A DNA stretch of 64,000 nt. It comes from Patescibacteria group bacterium. Lineage in GTDB: Bacteria; Patescibacteriota; Minisyncoccia; Minisyncoccales; JAHCRE01. The position numbers were made by a program, and so were the translations under genes. The notes beneath the pieces are model-generated. The model made no database searches. It saw only the letters and a list, made by a program, of their open reading frames with translations, and was not told the origin of the DNA. The stretch is taken from assembly GCA_020148145.1 (NCBI GenBank), contig JAHCRE010000006.1, positions 6,368-70,367 on the forward strand, written 5' to 3'. Shown in pieces: positions 1-8,100 of this stretch. The stretch's first letter is position 1, and the number at the start of each line of letters is the position of its first letter.

Positions 1-1588
1 TAGCGCCGTTGTAAGTAACAGTGTAGCCCGATGAAGCATTTGTTGCAACAGTCATAGTATGAGCAGAGGTAGCAGTATCTGACCCGGTCGTATCTGTTGC
101 AAAACGAGCGTTGGCTGACACAAGAGTTCCAAAACCAATGCTCAAGTCTCCATCAATGGTAAAAGTTAAAGTTAGAGCAGCGGTCTTGATTGAAAGTTCA
201 GTGGCATTGGCTTTATGGCCGTAAGTATCGTAAGCCCAAATATTAAAGACATAATCTGTGTTAGCGGTAAGCCCAGAAACGGTTGTATTGGTGGTACTGT
301 TGTAGTCAATAAAGCCAAGATCTGCATCCGAATGCTCTGTATCACTTTCAGTAACGCCTGTAGTGCCTTGCTTGTAGTAAATGCGGTAGGTGCTAAAGTT
401 CGTTTCGGTCGTCTGGCTGCCAAAAGTTAAGGTAATACTGGAGGTCGTCTTGCCACCGTCGGTTAAATTTCCTGGCGCAGTTGGAGCAACATTATCAATA
501 GTTAGGGTTTGAGTAACTGGTGTGGTCTGGTCCACTGTATCGTCATTAACTGTCAGACGCAGACAATAAGTGCCGTTCCCGCTCGGCGCATCAGTAGCTG
601 AATTCCAATCAAATTGAACAGTGTTAGAGCCAGAAGAGGTGATAATTCTATAATCAGCCGTAGTCCCCACCTGATAAGTGTCAGCGTTAACTACTGAAGG
701 AGCCCCACCCGAATCATTAAAGTCTGCTGTTGCTCCTCCGGCTTCATCTAAAGTAGGGTCTAAGGGAGTAGCAAAATCACAAGTGCCATTAGCTACATAT
801 TCTATTTTGGCCTTAGTATCATCATCATTGGGGTCATCAACTTCAATAGAAATATCCACTGCCCCGGAACCATCGGTTTTTTGTGCTGCAGAATTAATAG
901 AGCCCGTTGGCGGGACGTTTGCTGGCGGCGTGTAGTATATCTCAATGGTTACATAGTCAACATCCACATCAGCATTATTCGCTGTAGCAAGAATACCAAT
1001 TGCTACACCAAAATTGGCATTCTTTACCCACGCAGCGTCCAGGGCATTGCCCCACAAATCTTCTGAAGTACCCTTGGTAATAATTGTTGTATCATCTTCG
1101 GTCAGCACTACGGGTGTAGCGCATTGATTCGTGCCGACTTTCGCTTTAGATGTATCAAGTAACTGAAGCAAATCCATTGAACCTGAACCCTGACCAGACC
1201 TATACCACGAATTAACGCGAACTATTACGCCGTTAATAGTAGAACCATCTAGAATTGCGCTGAAATCAAAGCCGGTTGCCTTCAAAACAGCTGTCTGGTC
1301 GCCGTTATCAAAATTCGCCGCAGTTACGTTTGCCGTAGCCCCATCATCAGCATAGATATTGGTAGGCGTATTCCAGCTATTATCACTCCAAGGTGATTCT
1401 TTTACCGACTCACCAAGAGTTGGATATACTTCTTCAGTAGTATCCGCCCGTGCTTCCGGAATTTCCGGCGGAATTGGTGGCTTTTTCCAAATCTGGGGCC
1501 AGCCAGAAAAAATCCAAACCGCCACCATTAAAAAGATAAGGCAAATCGCCAAAAAATTAGCTAAGGCATTTTTAATAATTTTAGCCAT
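1..1588 (-). CDS. Large secreted/cell-surface protein, 5' part only (runs off window start); signal-anchor plus fibronectin-III-like repeat
   Basis: Absent from ORF track because truncated. Own translation from ATG at 1588 gives MAKIIKNALANFLAICLIFLMVAVWIF... and stays open to base 1. FN3-like stretch APTAPGNL..SSITLTFG..YRIYYK..LTANTDYVFNIWAYDTYGH. Visibly more GC-rich than flanks. Confidence 0.75.
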   Translation of the reverse strand, partial: MAKIIKNALANFLAICLIFLMVAVWIFSGWPQIWKKPPIPPEIPEARADTTEEVYPTLGESVKESPWSDNSWNTPTNIYADDGATANVTAANFDNGDQTAVLKATGFDFSAILDGSTINGVIVRVNSWYRSGQGSGSMDLLQLLDTSKAKVGTNQCATPVVLTEDDTTIITKGTSEDLWGNALDAAWVKNANFGVAIGILATANNADVDVDYVTIEIYYTPPANVPPTGSINSAAQKTDGSGAVDISIEVDDPNDDDTKAKIEYVANGTCDFATPLDPTLDEAGGATADFNDSGGAPSVVNADTYQVGTTADYRIITSSGSNTVQFDWNSATDAPSGNGTYCLRLTVNDDTVDQTTPVTQTLTIDNVAPTAPGNLTDGGKTTSSITLTFGSQTTETNFSTYRIYYKQGTTGVTESDTEHSDADLGFIDYNSTTNTTVSGLTANTDYVFNIWAYDTYGHKANATELSIKTAALTLTFTIDGDLSIGFGTLVSANARFATDTTGSDTATSAHTMTVATNASSGYTVTYNGA

Positions 1589-1594
1589 TATTTT

Positions 1595-1603
1595 ATTTTA
1601 CCA
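1595..1603 (-). promoter_or_regulatory. Extended -10 box TGGTAAAAT, 6 nt upstream of the ATG (leaderless candidate)
   Basis: Minus strand reads TTTGGTAAAATAAAATAATG. Sits just after the terminator T-tract. Confidence 0.45.
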
Positions 1604-1624
1604 AATCAGAAACAAAAGCAAAGG

Positions 1625-1745
1625 CCCGAGAAAAACTCTCGGGTGGGGGCTTGCACTAAGCGTTGTCCAGGTGCTGCGGGGCCTGAACGCTGTTCGAACC
1701 TATTTTATGATACAAAACGGTATTTTGAGATACCAGTTTTGGCCA
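1625..1745 (-). repeat. Cassette-junction element copy A (family 1): terminator hairpin plus conserved 3' element
   Basis: Hairpin CCCGAGAG-TTTTT-CTCGGG at 1625-1643. Core GAACGCTGTTCGAACC at 1685-1700. About 80 nt alignable with copies at 6999-7110 and 11303-11415. Confidence 0.8.
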
Positions 1746-1774
1746 GTCCCTAATATACCCTATCCTCCTACTTA

Positions 1775-2053
1775 CTATTTCTTTCTTATTTTGATTGCTT
1801 TTCCATTGATTAAGGCTTCGGCTACTTTTTTACGAGCAGAAGTTAAAATTCGGCCTAAAGTGCTTTGAGAAATTTTCATTCTCTTAGCAGCTTTGATTTG
1901 GTTTAAACCTTTCAAATCACACAGTCTGATTGCTTCTAATTCATCTACGCCTAAATCAACTTCTTCTAACATAGAAAGAGGCACTGCCCTAGGCTTAAAA
2001 TATGTGACATTCGGATCAAACATGACCCTTCTTGGTTTTATTGGTCTTACCAT
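1775..2053 (-). CDS. DUF134/UPF0251-like small DNA-binding protein
   Basis: 92 aa. MVRPIKPRRV..FKPRAVP N-terminus and C-terminal HTH (MKISQSTLGRILTSARKKV), as I recall for DUF134. Last gene of the 4539-1775 operon. Confidence 0.65.
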   Translation of the reverse strand: MVRPIKPRRVMFDPNVTYFKPRAVPLSMLEEVDLGVDELEAIRLCDLKGLNQIKAAKRMKISQSTLGRILTSARKKVAEALINGKAIKIRKK

Positions 2054-2904
2054 AATTGATTGAGATTTTTAGAAATCTTTTTAATTTCTTTTTTAACTCT
2101 TAAATTGGTTTCTACGATTGGTTTTAAGTTGGCAATGGCTTTAAATATTTCCTTATCATAAGATATTTTGCCCAAAAATTTTTTGCCAGCCCACTTTTCT
2201 ATTTTATTGCTTAAACTTTTATAAATATCCCACTTATTAATTACTACACCATAAGGAATATTGAAATGATTAACTACTTTCAAAACTCTTTTTAAGTCAG
2301 TAAATCCAGAAGGAGTGGGTTCAGTAATCAGAATAGTAAAGTTTGCTCCCTGTAAAGAGGCAATCACTGGACAGCCGGTTCCAGGAGCGGAATCAATTAA
2401 CATTATTTCATAATTGAATTTTTCTGCTTCTTTTTTAATTTCGGTAACTACTTTACCAGACCCTGATTCTCCCGGATAAAGCTGACCAGAAATTAATGGA
2501 AAACCATATTTTGTTTTTTTAATTCTAATTTGGCCGTTTTGAACTGGTTTCAAAGAAATAGCTTTTTGGGGACAAATAACTTCACAAGCACCACAACCTT
2601 CACATAAAAATGGATTTAGTCGAGGTTTATCATTTACCATTTTTAATGCTTCAAATTTGCAATTTTTAACACAGAGGCTACAGCTATTGCATTTGTTTAA
2701 GTCAATCTCTGGCTTAGCCGAAGTAACCACTGGTAAAGTTTTATCCCATTTTTTTATTCCTCCTAACCAAATAGCTAAATTAGGGGCATCAACATCACAA
2801 TCTACAGCCGTAATCTTTTTCGATTTTCTAAAAAGCATTGCCAAAGCTGAAGTTAGCATCGATTTCCCTACTCCGCCTTTTCCAGAAGCTATAACTATTT
2901 TCAC
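2047..2904 (-). CDS. MinD/ParA-type P-loop ATPase with inserted 2x[4Fe-4S] ferredoxin motifs
   Basis: Deviant Walker A GKGGVGKS. CNSCSLCVKNC and CEGCGACEVICP cysteine clusters. Confidence 0.8.
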   Translation of the reverse strand: MKIVIASGKGGVGKSMLTSALAMLFRKSKKITAVDCDVDAPNLAIWLGGIKKWDKTLPVVTSAKPEIDLNKCNSCSLCVKNCKFEALKMVNDKPRLNPFLCEGCGACEVICPQKAISLKPVQNGQIRIKKTKYGFPLISGQLYPGESGSGKVVTEIKKEAEKFNYEIMLIDSAPGTGCPVIASLQGANFTILITEPTPSGFTDLKRVLKVVNHFNIPYGVVINKWDIYKSLSNKIEKWAGKKFLGKISYDKEIFKAIANLKPIVETNLRVKKEIKKISKNLNQLW

Positions 2905-2909
2905 ATTTC

Positions 2910-3740
2910 TTACAATTTTACTAATTCAAAATCGAGTAATTTCCCTTTTGAATAGGCCTCAACTAATTTTTTTGAATAAGGAATTTCTTTTTCTATTTTA
3001 ATTTTATATTTTTTGGCGATTTTTTGAATTTTCCTTTTATCTCCTAAATTAGCGTGATTCAAAATTATTTTGGCTGGCACCTTGAGTTTTTGGCATAAAT
3101 CCAAAATTAAATTCAAATCATAAGCTCCCATTGGAGTAGGTTCAGTAACAGCGTAAGCCAAATCACAACCCAAAAGAGCAGAAATTACTGGACAATGAGT
3201 ACCGGCAGCCGTATCAAATAAAAGAAAATCTGGCTTATTTTTCCTAACCAGATTTGAAACAAATTTTTTTGTTTTAGTAACTACAGGGCCTGTTTCCTCA
3301 AGGCCCGGTTTGGCAAGACCAGTTACTAGCCAATAGTCTTTCTCAATTTTATTTAAAAAGATTTGACCAATCTCTTCTTTTTTCGGCTGGATGGCTCCGT
3401 GTGGACAAACAATCCAGCAAGCTCCACAAGCTGAACATAGATCTTTAATAAATACTGGATATTTCTCTGGAGCTTGAAAAGCAGCATTATTTCGACAGAT
3501 TTCGACGCACAAACCACATTTTTTACATTTTCTTTTATTTAATTTTGGGAATTCAGCATAAACTTTCTTTTTGGATTTTTCTAATTTTTGACCCAATAAC
3601 AAATAATCATTAGGGCACTCCACATCACAATCACAAAGAATAACTTTCTTATCTTCTTTAATTAATTTATTAGCAAATAAGATAGTAATGGTACTTTTCC
3701 CAGTACCACCTTTGCCACCGGTAATAGCAATTTTTTGCAT
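2910..3740 (-). CDS. MinD/ParA-type P-loop ATPase with inserted 4Fe-4S motifs (paralog of 2047-2904)
   Basis: GGKGGTGKST Walker A. CKKCGLCVEIC and CSACGACWIVCP clusters. Confidence 0.8.
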   Translation of the reverse strand: MQKIAITGGKGGTGKSTITILFANKLIKEDKKVILCDCDVECPNDYLLLGQKLEKSKKKVYAEFPKLNKRKCKKCGLCVEICRNNAAFQAPEKYPVFIKDLCSACGACWIVCPHGAIQPKKEEIGQIFLNKIEKDYWLVTGLAKPGLEETGPVVTKTKKFVSNLVRKNKPDFLLFDTAAGTHCPVISALLGCDLAYAVTEPTPMGAYDLNLILDLCQKLKVPAKIILNHANLGDKRKIQKIAKKYKIKIEKEIPYSKKLVEAYSKGKLLDFELVKL

Positions 3741-3741
3741 G

Positions 3742-4071
3742 CTAAGTTGATTCTAATTCTCCTTTTTTAAATTTCTCCAAGGCCTCCTTGGCGGTTCCCG
3801 AAACCCCAGAAATTACTTTAATTCCCGATTGTTCTAGTACTGCTAAAGCATTAGGCCCAACATTGCCTACAATTACTACTTCTGCTTTTTCATTGGCAAC
3901 AGTCTGAGCAGCAGCAATTCCTGCTCCGCCCACTGCCTTTTTTGCTTCATTTTCTACTGTTTTAAATTCTTCGGTTTCCATATCTACAAATAAAAAATAA
4001 CTACATCTACCAAAAACTTGATCAATTGGAGAATCTAAATCAGGGCCAGTTGTACAAATACAAATTTTCAT
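3742..4071 (-). CDS. NifX/NifB-C-terminal-like (dinitrogenase FeMo-cofactor-binding fold) small protein
   Basis: 109 aa. MKICI...FGRCSYFLFVD...GAGIAAAQ..VIVGNVGPNA pattern typical of that family. Confidence 0.65.
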   Translation of the reverse strand: MKICICTTGPDLDSPIDQVFGRCSYFLFVDMETEEFKTVENEAKKAVGGAGIAAAQTVANEKAEVVIVGNVGPNALAVLEQSGIKVISGVSGTAKEALEKFKKGELEST

Positions 4072-4076
4072 AAATT

Positions 4077-4289
4077 TTATTTAGCCCTAGTCATTGAAGT
4101 GCCACATTTTGGGCATTTATAAGTATAACAAGGTGTCCCTCTTCCGTGAGGAACTTTGGTCCCACAATTCGGACAGATACATTCTCCCCCGGGTCCTAAA
4201 CCAAAACCACCAGGTTGTCGACCCCGACCACCTCTTCCGGGCGCTCTAAATCTCCCACCAGGAGGAATTGAAGGAATTCTCTTTGGCAT
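4077..4289 (-). CDS. Gly/Arg-rich zinc-ribbon protein
   Basis: 70 aa. GRGGRGRQPGGFGLGPGG followed by CPNCG...CPKCG. Confidence 0.55.
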   Translation of the reverse strand: MPKRIPSIPPGGRFRAPGRGGRGRQPGGFGLGPGGECICPNCGTKVPHGRGTPCYTYKCPKCGTSMTRAK

Positions 4290-4290
4290 G

Positions 4291-4539
4291 TTATTTTTTT
4301 CCTTTTTTAGTTTCTAACTCTCTTAATCTTTCTTCAATGGCTTTCATTTCCTCTCGTAAGGCCTTAAGCTCTTCCAAAAGCATCTCTTTTTCTTCTTTCG
4401 GAGTAGGCTCTTGCCAATTCTCAGGATAAGCCCACCACCAACGAGGAAGCCAAGGAAATCTAAAACATCTTCCCCCATATCTTCTTAAATCTCTTTGATT
4501 GTAAGCCCACCAAGGACCACCACCATAACCAAAAGGCAT
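4291..4539 (-). CDS. DUF5320-like protein (Trp/Arg-rich N-terminus, C-terminal coiled coil)
   Basis: 82 aa. Ends EEKEMLLEELKALREEMKAIEERLRELE. First gene of the operon. Confidence 0.5.
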   Translation of the reverse strand: MPFGYGGGPWWAYNQRDLRRYGGRCFRFPWLPRWWWAYPENWQEPTPKEEKEMLLEELKALREEMKAIEERLRELETKKGKK

Positions 4540-4588
4540 AATATTATAATCTATTAATTGCTATTACTTTTTCGACCTTTCTATTATG

Positions 4589-4617
4589 ATTATAAACCCA
4601 TAACTATGTCTTGTCAA
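4589..4617 (-). promoter_or_regulatory. Sigma70-type promoter TTGACA-17-TATAAT for the 4539-1775 operon
   Basis: Minus strand reads CCTTGACAAGACATAGTTATGGGTTTATAATC. Confidence 0.55.
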
Positions 4618-4635
4618 GGTTTATTTATCCACAAT

Positions 4636-4672
4636 TAAAAAAAATCGCTAAGGGGATTTTTCCGGTAGCGAT
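4636..4672 (-). terminator. Rho-independent terminator after 4727-5227
   Basis: ATCGCTA...TAGCGAT stem followed by T8 on the minus strand. Confidence 0.5.
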
Positions 4673-4726
4673 TTGTAACGAATACTTGCGAAAGAACAAT
4701 TTTATCCACTGTTGGACGAGAGGCAC

Positions 4727-5227
4727 TTATTTTATTCTTGCTGTCTGTTCCCTGATTATATTCATTACTTCTTCTGGTTTTTCAGTTGAAAAAACAAACT
4801 CTTTAAATCTACCTTTCTTCAATAAAAGCACAACTCGAGGAGCTCCTATAACATTATACACTAATCTCCATTTTCCCTTAACTCTTCCTATGCGTATGCC
4901 CCAACCTCCATATCTAATTATTGAGGCTTCGTCTAAATAACAATTCTTAATATTCTCCCAGGTGATGATGTGCCTAAAAATCCCATAACTGACCTTGACA
5001 GACAGATGAGTTATTCTAATGCTTAGCCTACTAAAATTAATCGTCACGCCTAAAAACAATAGAAACATAAGTAGGAAAAACCAGTTTGAAGCGGGACGAG
5101 TACCAACTGGTCCTACCAAAATTTGATAGACCAATACAAAAAGAAATCCAGCTGTAAAAGCGGTCAATATACTCGTCATCCACCACTTCGAGGATATCTT
5201 TTCTTCGTAGAGGTTACTTCTCTGCAT
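4727..5227 (-). CDS. Membrane protein, two TM helices plus small C-terminal soluble domain
   Basis: 166 aa ORF. Hydrophobic segments ILTAFTAGFLFVLVYQIL and WFFLLMFLLFLGV. Confidence 0.55.
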   Translation of the reverse strand: MQRSNLYEEKISSKWWMTSILTAFTAGFLFVLVYQILVGPVGTRPASNWFFLLMFLLFLGVTINFSRLSIRITHLSVKVSYGIFRHIITWENIKNCYLDEASIIRYGGWGIRIGRVKGKWRLVYNVIGAPRVVLLLKKGRFKEFVFSTEKPEEVMNIIREQTARIK

Positions 5228-5254
5228 TTTTTTTACCTAAACAATAAAAAAACT

Positions 5255-5479
5255 CTAAAAGAAAGCATACAATACAGCCATTGCCAGCGTGATAAATAGA
5301 GTCATACCAATCCAAAGTTTAGCACCAACTCTCCTTGTTATGTATCCAATATAAAGAAACACTGGAATTAAATATAAGGGCACCACATTCAGCGGTTTGT
5401 ATATTACATTCTTAAAAATTATTATCAATCCTATCATGAGAGCAGCTGTAACTATTGCTGTTTTTGTTTCATCTTTCAT
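5255..5479 (-). CDS. Small integral membrane protein
   Basis: 74 aa, three hydrophobic helices. Co-oriented just upstream of 4727-5227. Confidence 0.45.
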   Translation of the reverse strand: MKDETKTAIVTAALMIGLIIIFKNVIYKPLNVVPLYLIPVFLYIGYITRRVGAKLWIGMTLFITLAMAVLYAFF

Positions 5480-5522
5480 GTTTTTTGGTTGCTTATAAAT
5501 TATTTTATATAACCTTTAAAAC

Positions 5523-5531
5523 ATTCTACCA
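5523..5531 (-). promoter_or_regulatory. Extended -10 TGGTAGAAT fused to the preceding terminator T-tract
   Basis: Minus strand reads GGCGGTTTTTTGGTAGAATG. Confidence 0.45.
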
Positions 5532-5536
5532 AAAAA

Positions 5537-5680
5537 CCGCCTCTTTGGCGATTCTTTGGCTCCGCATATGCGACAATGCCTGCCCCGTATACAGCTTGCT
5601 GTTATTTTGGGTTAGAACCTGTTTGTTTAACTTATCTAAAAATATCTGTAAATCCTTTTCCGGAATTTAAGTAACCTTAG
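5537..5680 (-). repeat. Cassette-junction element copy G (divergent; type-2 hairpin)
   Basis: Hairpin CGCC-AAAGA-GGCG plus T6 at 5537-5550. Core remnant GGGTTAGAACC at 5609-5619. Confidence 0.55.
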
Positions 5681-5684
5681 CCCA

Positions 5685-6932
5685 TCACCCCTTCGATCCA
5701 CCAAGACAATGAGCACAGTTATCAAATCCTTGTTTATAAGCATCAATGAGATTGATAAATTTTACTTTATTAGTATTCTTGACTAAATCAAGCCAAGGAC
5801 AGGTATGTTGATGCACCTCCATATGATTTTTGTCCTTATTTCCGATGTATAAAATTTTAGGCCTTTTTATAAATTTTCCCCACACTAAAAGCCAAATTCG
5901 CGCTACTGATTCAACGACATCGTGAAAAACTCGATTAGTAATATCTACAAACTCTTCTTTCCCTTTTCTTTTAATTAATTCTCTTACATCGTCGTATCCT
6001 AATTCTTCATTTTCTGTGTCTTCTTTATCAATCCAAACTCGCGAGAGAGCATAAGATACTCTGCAGATATTAACCATCTCTTTCCATACATCACTATTGC
6101 TTTTCTTAAGTCCGTCAGCACTTGCACTTAATTTATACTTTTTTTCTTTATCTATTTTAATTATAGAATTTTTTGGAAGGTTAAGGACAATATCATCTAC
6201 TGAATCTTTAGAATATTTACCTATCCCTACTATTCTCTCCTCGGGAAAAGATTTATCCCATCTTTCTTCTATCGAAGGATGCAGGCGGGGCGGAATAGGT
6301 CTTATTCTGTTACCTCTATCATAATCTCGATAATCACAATGCAAAGGCATATGGCCATCAGCAATATAATGAGAGAGCATAAAAAAAGTGGTAGCGATTT
6401 GGCGAGCAGAAAAAGTAGGCGATAAAGAAAGACTCTTTATGCTTGCAGCAGACAAATCACACTCATAAGCCTTTCTTCTTTGCTCTCTAAGATAAAAGGC
6501 TAAGGGGAAATCACCAAGTTTCAGCATATCACTAACAGTATGAGTAAGAGCTATTACTCGATCAGGTAAATGTCCTTTCTGTGACCAATAAGATTCATTT
6601 AACACTTTTTCTCCTTCAAGGTATTTCAAACAAAGACGTCTCCCCCGGAGCCTGGATATAAGTTCTTCGTAGGGTACCTGGCTTCGTTTATCTTTTTTTA
6701 TAGAACCTAGAAGTTCTGGGTCATTAGTCTGTTTAAAAATATGGCCATACTGCATATCGCAGATTAAACTATCAGGAATCCAGGCTCCATTCCATGTATC
6801 AGAAAGATAATAAGAAAGGAGCTCTATTAATTTATCAGTATGATATACATTACCTATTTTACCATTAACGCTAATGTCATCTATAAACTTATAAGCTCGG
6901 AGGGCTATCCAACCATGAGCAGTACGTTTCAT
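5685..6932 (-). CDS. Zn-dependent phospholipase C / S1-P1 nuclease-like protein with C-terminal Ada-type Cys/His metal-binding domain
   Basis: 415 aa. N-terminal AHGWIALRA and SHYIADGHMPLHCD resemble the PLC/P1-nuclease Zn ligand motifs. C-terminus HQHTCPW...AYKQGFDNCAHC. Confidence 0.45.
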   Translation of the reverse strand: MKRTAHGWIALRAYKFIDDISVNGKIGNVYHTDKLIELLSYYLSDTWNGAWIPDSLICDMQYGHIFKQTNDPELLGSIKKDKRSQVPYEELISRLRGRRLCLKYLEGEKVLNESYWSQKGHLPDRVIALTHTVSDMLKLGDFPLAFYLREQRRKAYECDLSAASIKSLSLSPTFSARQIATTFFMLSHYIADGHMPLHCDYRDYDRGNRIRPIPPRLHPSIEERWDKSFPEERIVGIGKYSKDSVDDIVLNLPKNSIIKIDKEKKYKLSASADGLKKSNSDVWKEMVNICRVSYALSRVWIDKEDTENEELGYDDVRELIKRKGKEEFVDITNRVFHDVVESVARIWLLVWGKFIKRPKILYIGNKDKNHMEVHQHTCPWLDLVKNTNKVKFINLIDAYKQGFDNCAHCLGGSKG

Positions 6933-6979
6933 AATTTTTTCCTTTTATATGTTTTTATATTATCGACCTTTTCATTTCT

Positions 6980-6988
6980 ATTCTACCA
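6980..6988 (-). promoter_or_regulatory. Extended -10 TGGTAGAAT
   Basis: Minus strand reads CTCGGGGTTTTCTTTTGTGGTAGAATAG. Confidence 0.45.
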
Positions 6989-6998
6989 CAAAAGAAAA

Positions 6999-7110
6999 CC
7001 CCGAGAAAAACTCTCGGGCGGCGGAAATAAAAATACTGCGGGTAGTGGACGCTGTTAGAACCTATTTTATGAGAACAAAAGAGTATTTTGAGGTGCCGGT
7101 CTTGACCCAT
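6999..7110 (-). repeat. Cassette-junction element copy B (family 1)
   Basis: Hairpin CCCGAGAGTTTTTCTCGGGG at 6999-7018. Core GGACGCTGTTAGAACC at 7047-7062. Confidence 0.8.
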
Positions 7111-7240
7111 TCATAAACAAAAACTGCCTAATTATAGACAGTTCTTGCGTTCTTTTCTCCTTTTTCCAGCTCATAATTTACATTCTGGGCTCGAAAAAAG
7201 AGGGGGAAGGTGACGGCAAACGAATGATCCTGTGGTACCT

Positions 7241-7735
7241 CTACAATAGCAGTGCGCCTAATAGGAAAGAGATTAGCAAGGCGATGATTACTCCAGTGAG
7301 ATACTTTTCGCCGTCGCTGCTCTTCTTCCACCTACCGTAGAAAACGGCAGGAAGGAAGGCGCTTACCAAAAAACCCAAGTAGACGAAAGCTGGGATAACA
7401 GTTCGAGGAGTTAACGTTGCTGCGCTGTGTTCGTTTTCTAAGTCCTTTATTACCTCTGGCAAGCTTATGTCGAGCTGTTCGGGAGTCGTCATAGTGGCAA
7501 GGATTTGAAGGTTTTCCATGTTTGGTCCCTGTTGGTAGTGTTGAATAGCTTCTTTGACGTATCCAATCTTGTCTTCGAAAGCTTGTGCTTCCTTAGCTTG
7601 CTGTAAGTCAGCTATAGCGTCTGAGATGTGGCCGTACTCCATTGCTACGAAGTTGCTGTAACTATACCATGAGTAGAGTGCTACTGCTATTCCAATCACG
7701 AATAGTACCACGAAACCAAGCCTAGCTTTTTCCAT
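7241..7735 (-). CDS. Membrane protein (N-terminal and C-terminal TM helices)
   Basis: 164 aa ORF, GC-richer than neighbours. AGGAG Shine-Dalgarno-like sequence upstream. Confidence 0.55.
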   Translation of the reverse strand: MEKARLGFVVLFVIGIAVALYSWYSYSNFVAMEYGHISDAIADLQQAKEAQAFEDKIGYVKEAIQHYQQGPNMENLQILATMTTPEQLDISLPEVIKDLENEHSAATLTPRTVIPAFVYLGFLVSAFLPAVFYGRWKKSSDGEKYLTGVIIALLISFLLGALLL

Positions 7736-7760
7736 TTTTTTGCCCTTTCACTCCTGCTTT

Positions 7761-7806
7761 GAGCGAGCGAACTATTTACCAAACATGATAGACAATTCGC
7801 TCGCTC
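7761..7806 (-). promoter_or_regulatory. Perfect 11-bp inverted repeat GAGCGAGCGAA-N24-TTCGCTCGCTC in the 5' region of 7241-7735
   Basis: Arms at 7761-7771 and 7796-7806. The spacer contains TGGTAAAT (-10-like) on the minus strand. Confidence 0.5.
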
Positions 7807-7862
7807 AGAACTCCTTTCCCCCTTAATTTTTTATCAAAGAACTATCTTATTCTTACACCTTA

Positions 7863-7892
7863 ATTATACTATATAATTTTCTATCTTGTCAA
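7863..7892 (-). promoter_or_regulatory. Sigma70-type promoter TTGACA-18-TATAAT
   Basis: Minus strand reads CTTGACAAGATAGAAAATTATATAGTATAATTA. Confidence 0.5.
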
Positions 7893-7894
7893 GC

Positions 7895-8100
7895 GGCGGC
7901 TCTCAGAAAGACGGGGCGGGGCGGAAATAAAAAAGATAAAATGTGAGGCCTTTCGGTCATCCGAAATGCTCACAAGCCTGCTCGGACTATTGGACGATTT
8001 TAGAACCTTAAGATGGGAAGACGTGTTTAAATATCCTGAGGTTGTATTAGGACAGATGAGGGAATTGTGTAAACGATGCTAGGACCTGATTTATGAGGTT
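7895..8100 (-). repeat. Cassette-junction element copy D (family 2)
   Basis: Core GGACGATTTTAGAACC at 7992-8007. Terminator-like hairpin at 7943-7973. About 80 nt alignable with 8641-8780. Confidence 0.75.

Noticed and set aside
2657-3001. Antisense or alternative-frame track ORFs inside well-supported genes. Examples: 2657-3001, 6097-6324, 10353-10682, 25521-25838, 26477-26671, 27247-27612, 31018-31200, 45288-45573, 53407-53598, 62821-63264, 63671-63856.
   Set aside because: These are shadow ORFs typical of AT-rich DNA. Each overlaps a gene with clear family motifs or a repeat element, and their products are low-complexity.
7965-8081. Small plus-strand ORFs spanning the junction repeats with seemingly conserved peptides. 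Examples: MLTSLLGLLDDFRTLRWEDVFKYPEV.. here, LADDFRALRWGKVFKYPEV.. at 8668-8779, and MLRGLNAIRTYW.. at 11329-11412.
   Set aside because: Family-1 copies A and C share the downstream block GATACCAGT(T/C)TT in different reading frames. The D-versus-E differences show about 4 synonymous to 8 non-synonymous changes. The upstream parts of the track ORFs run antisense through real genes. Conservation is therefore at the nucleotide level, not the peptide level.
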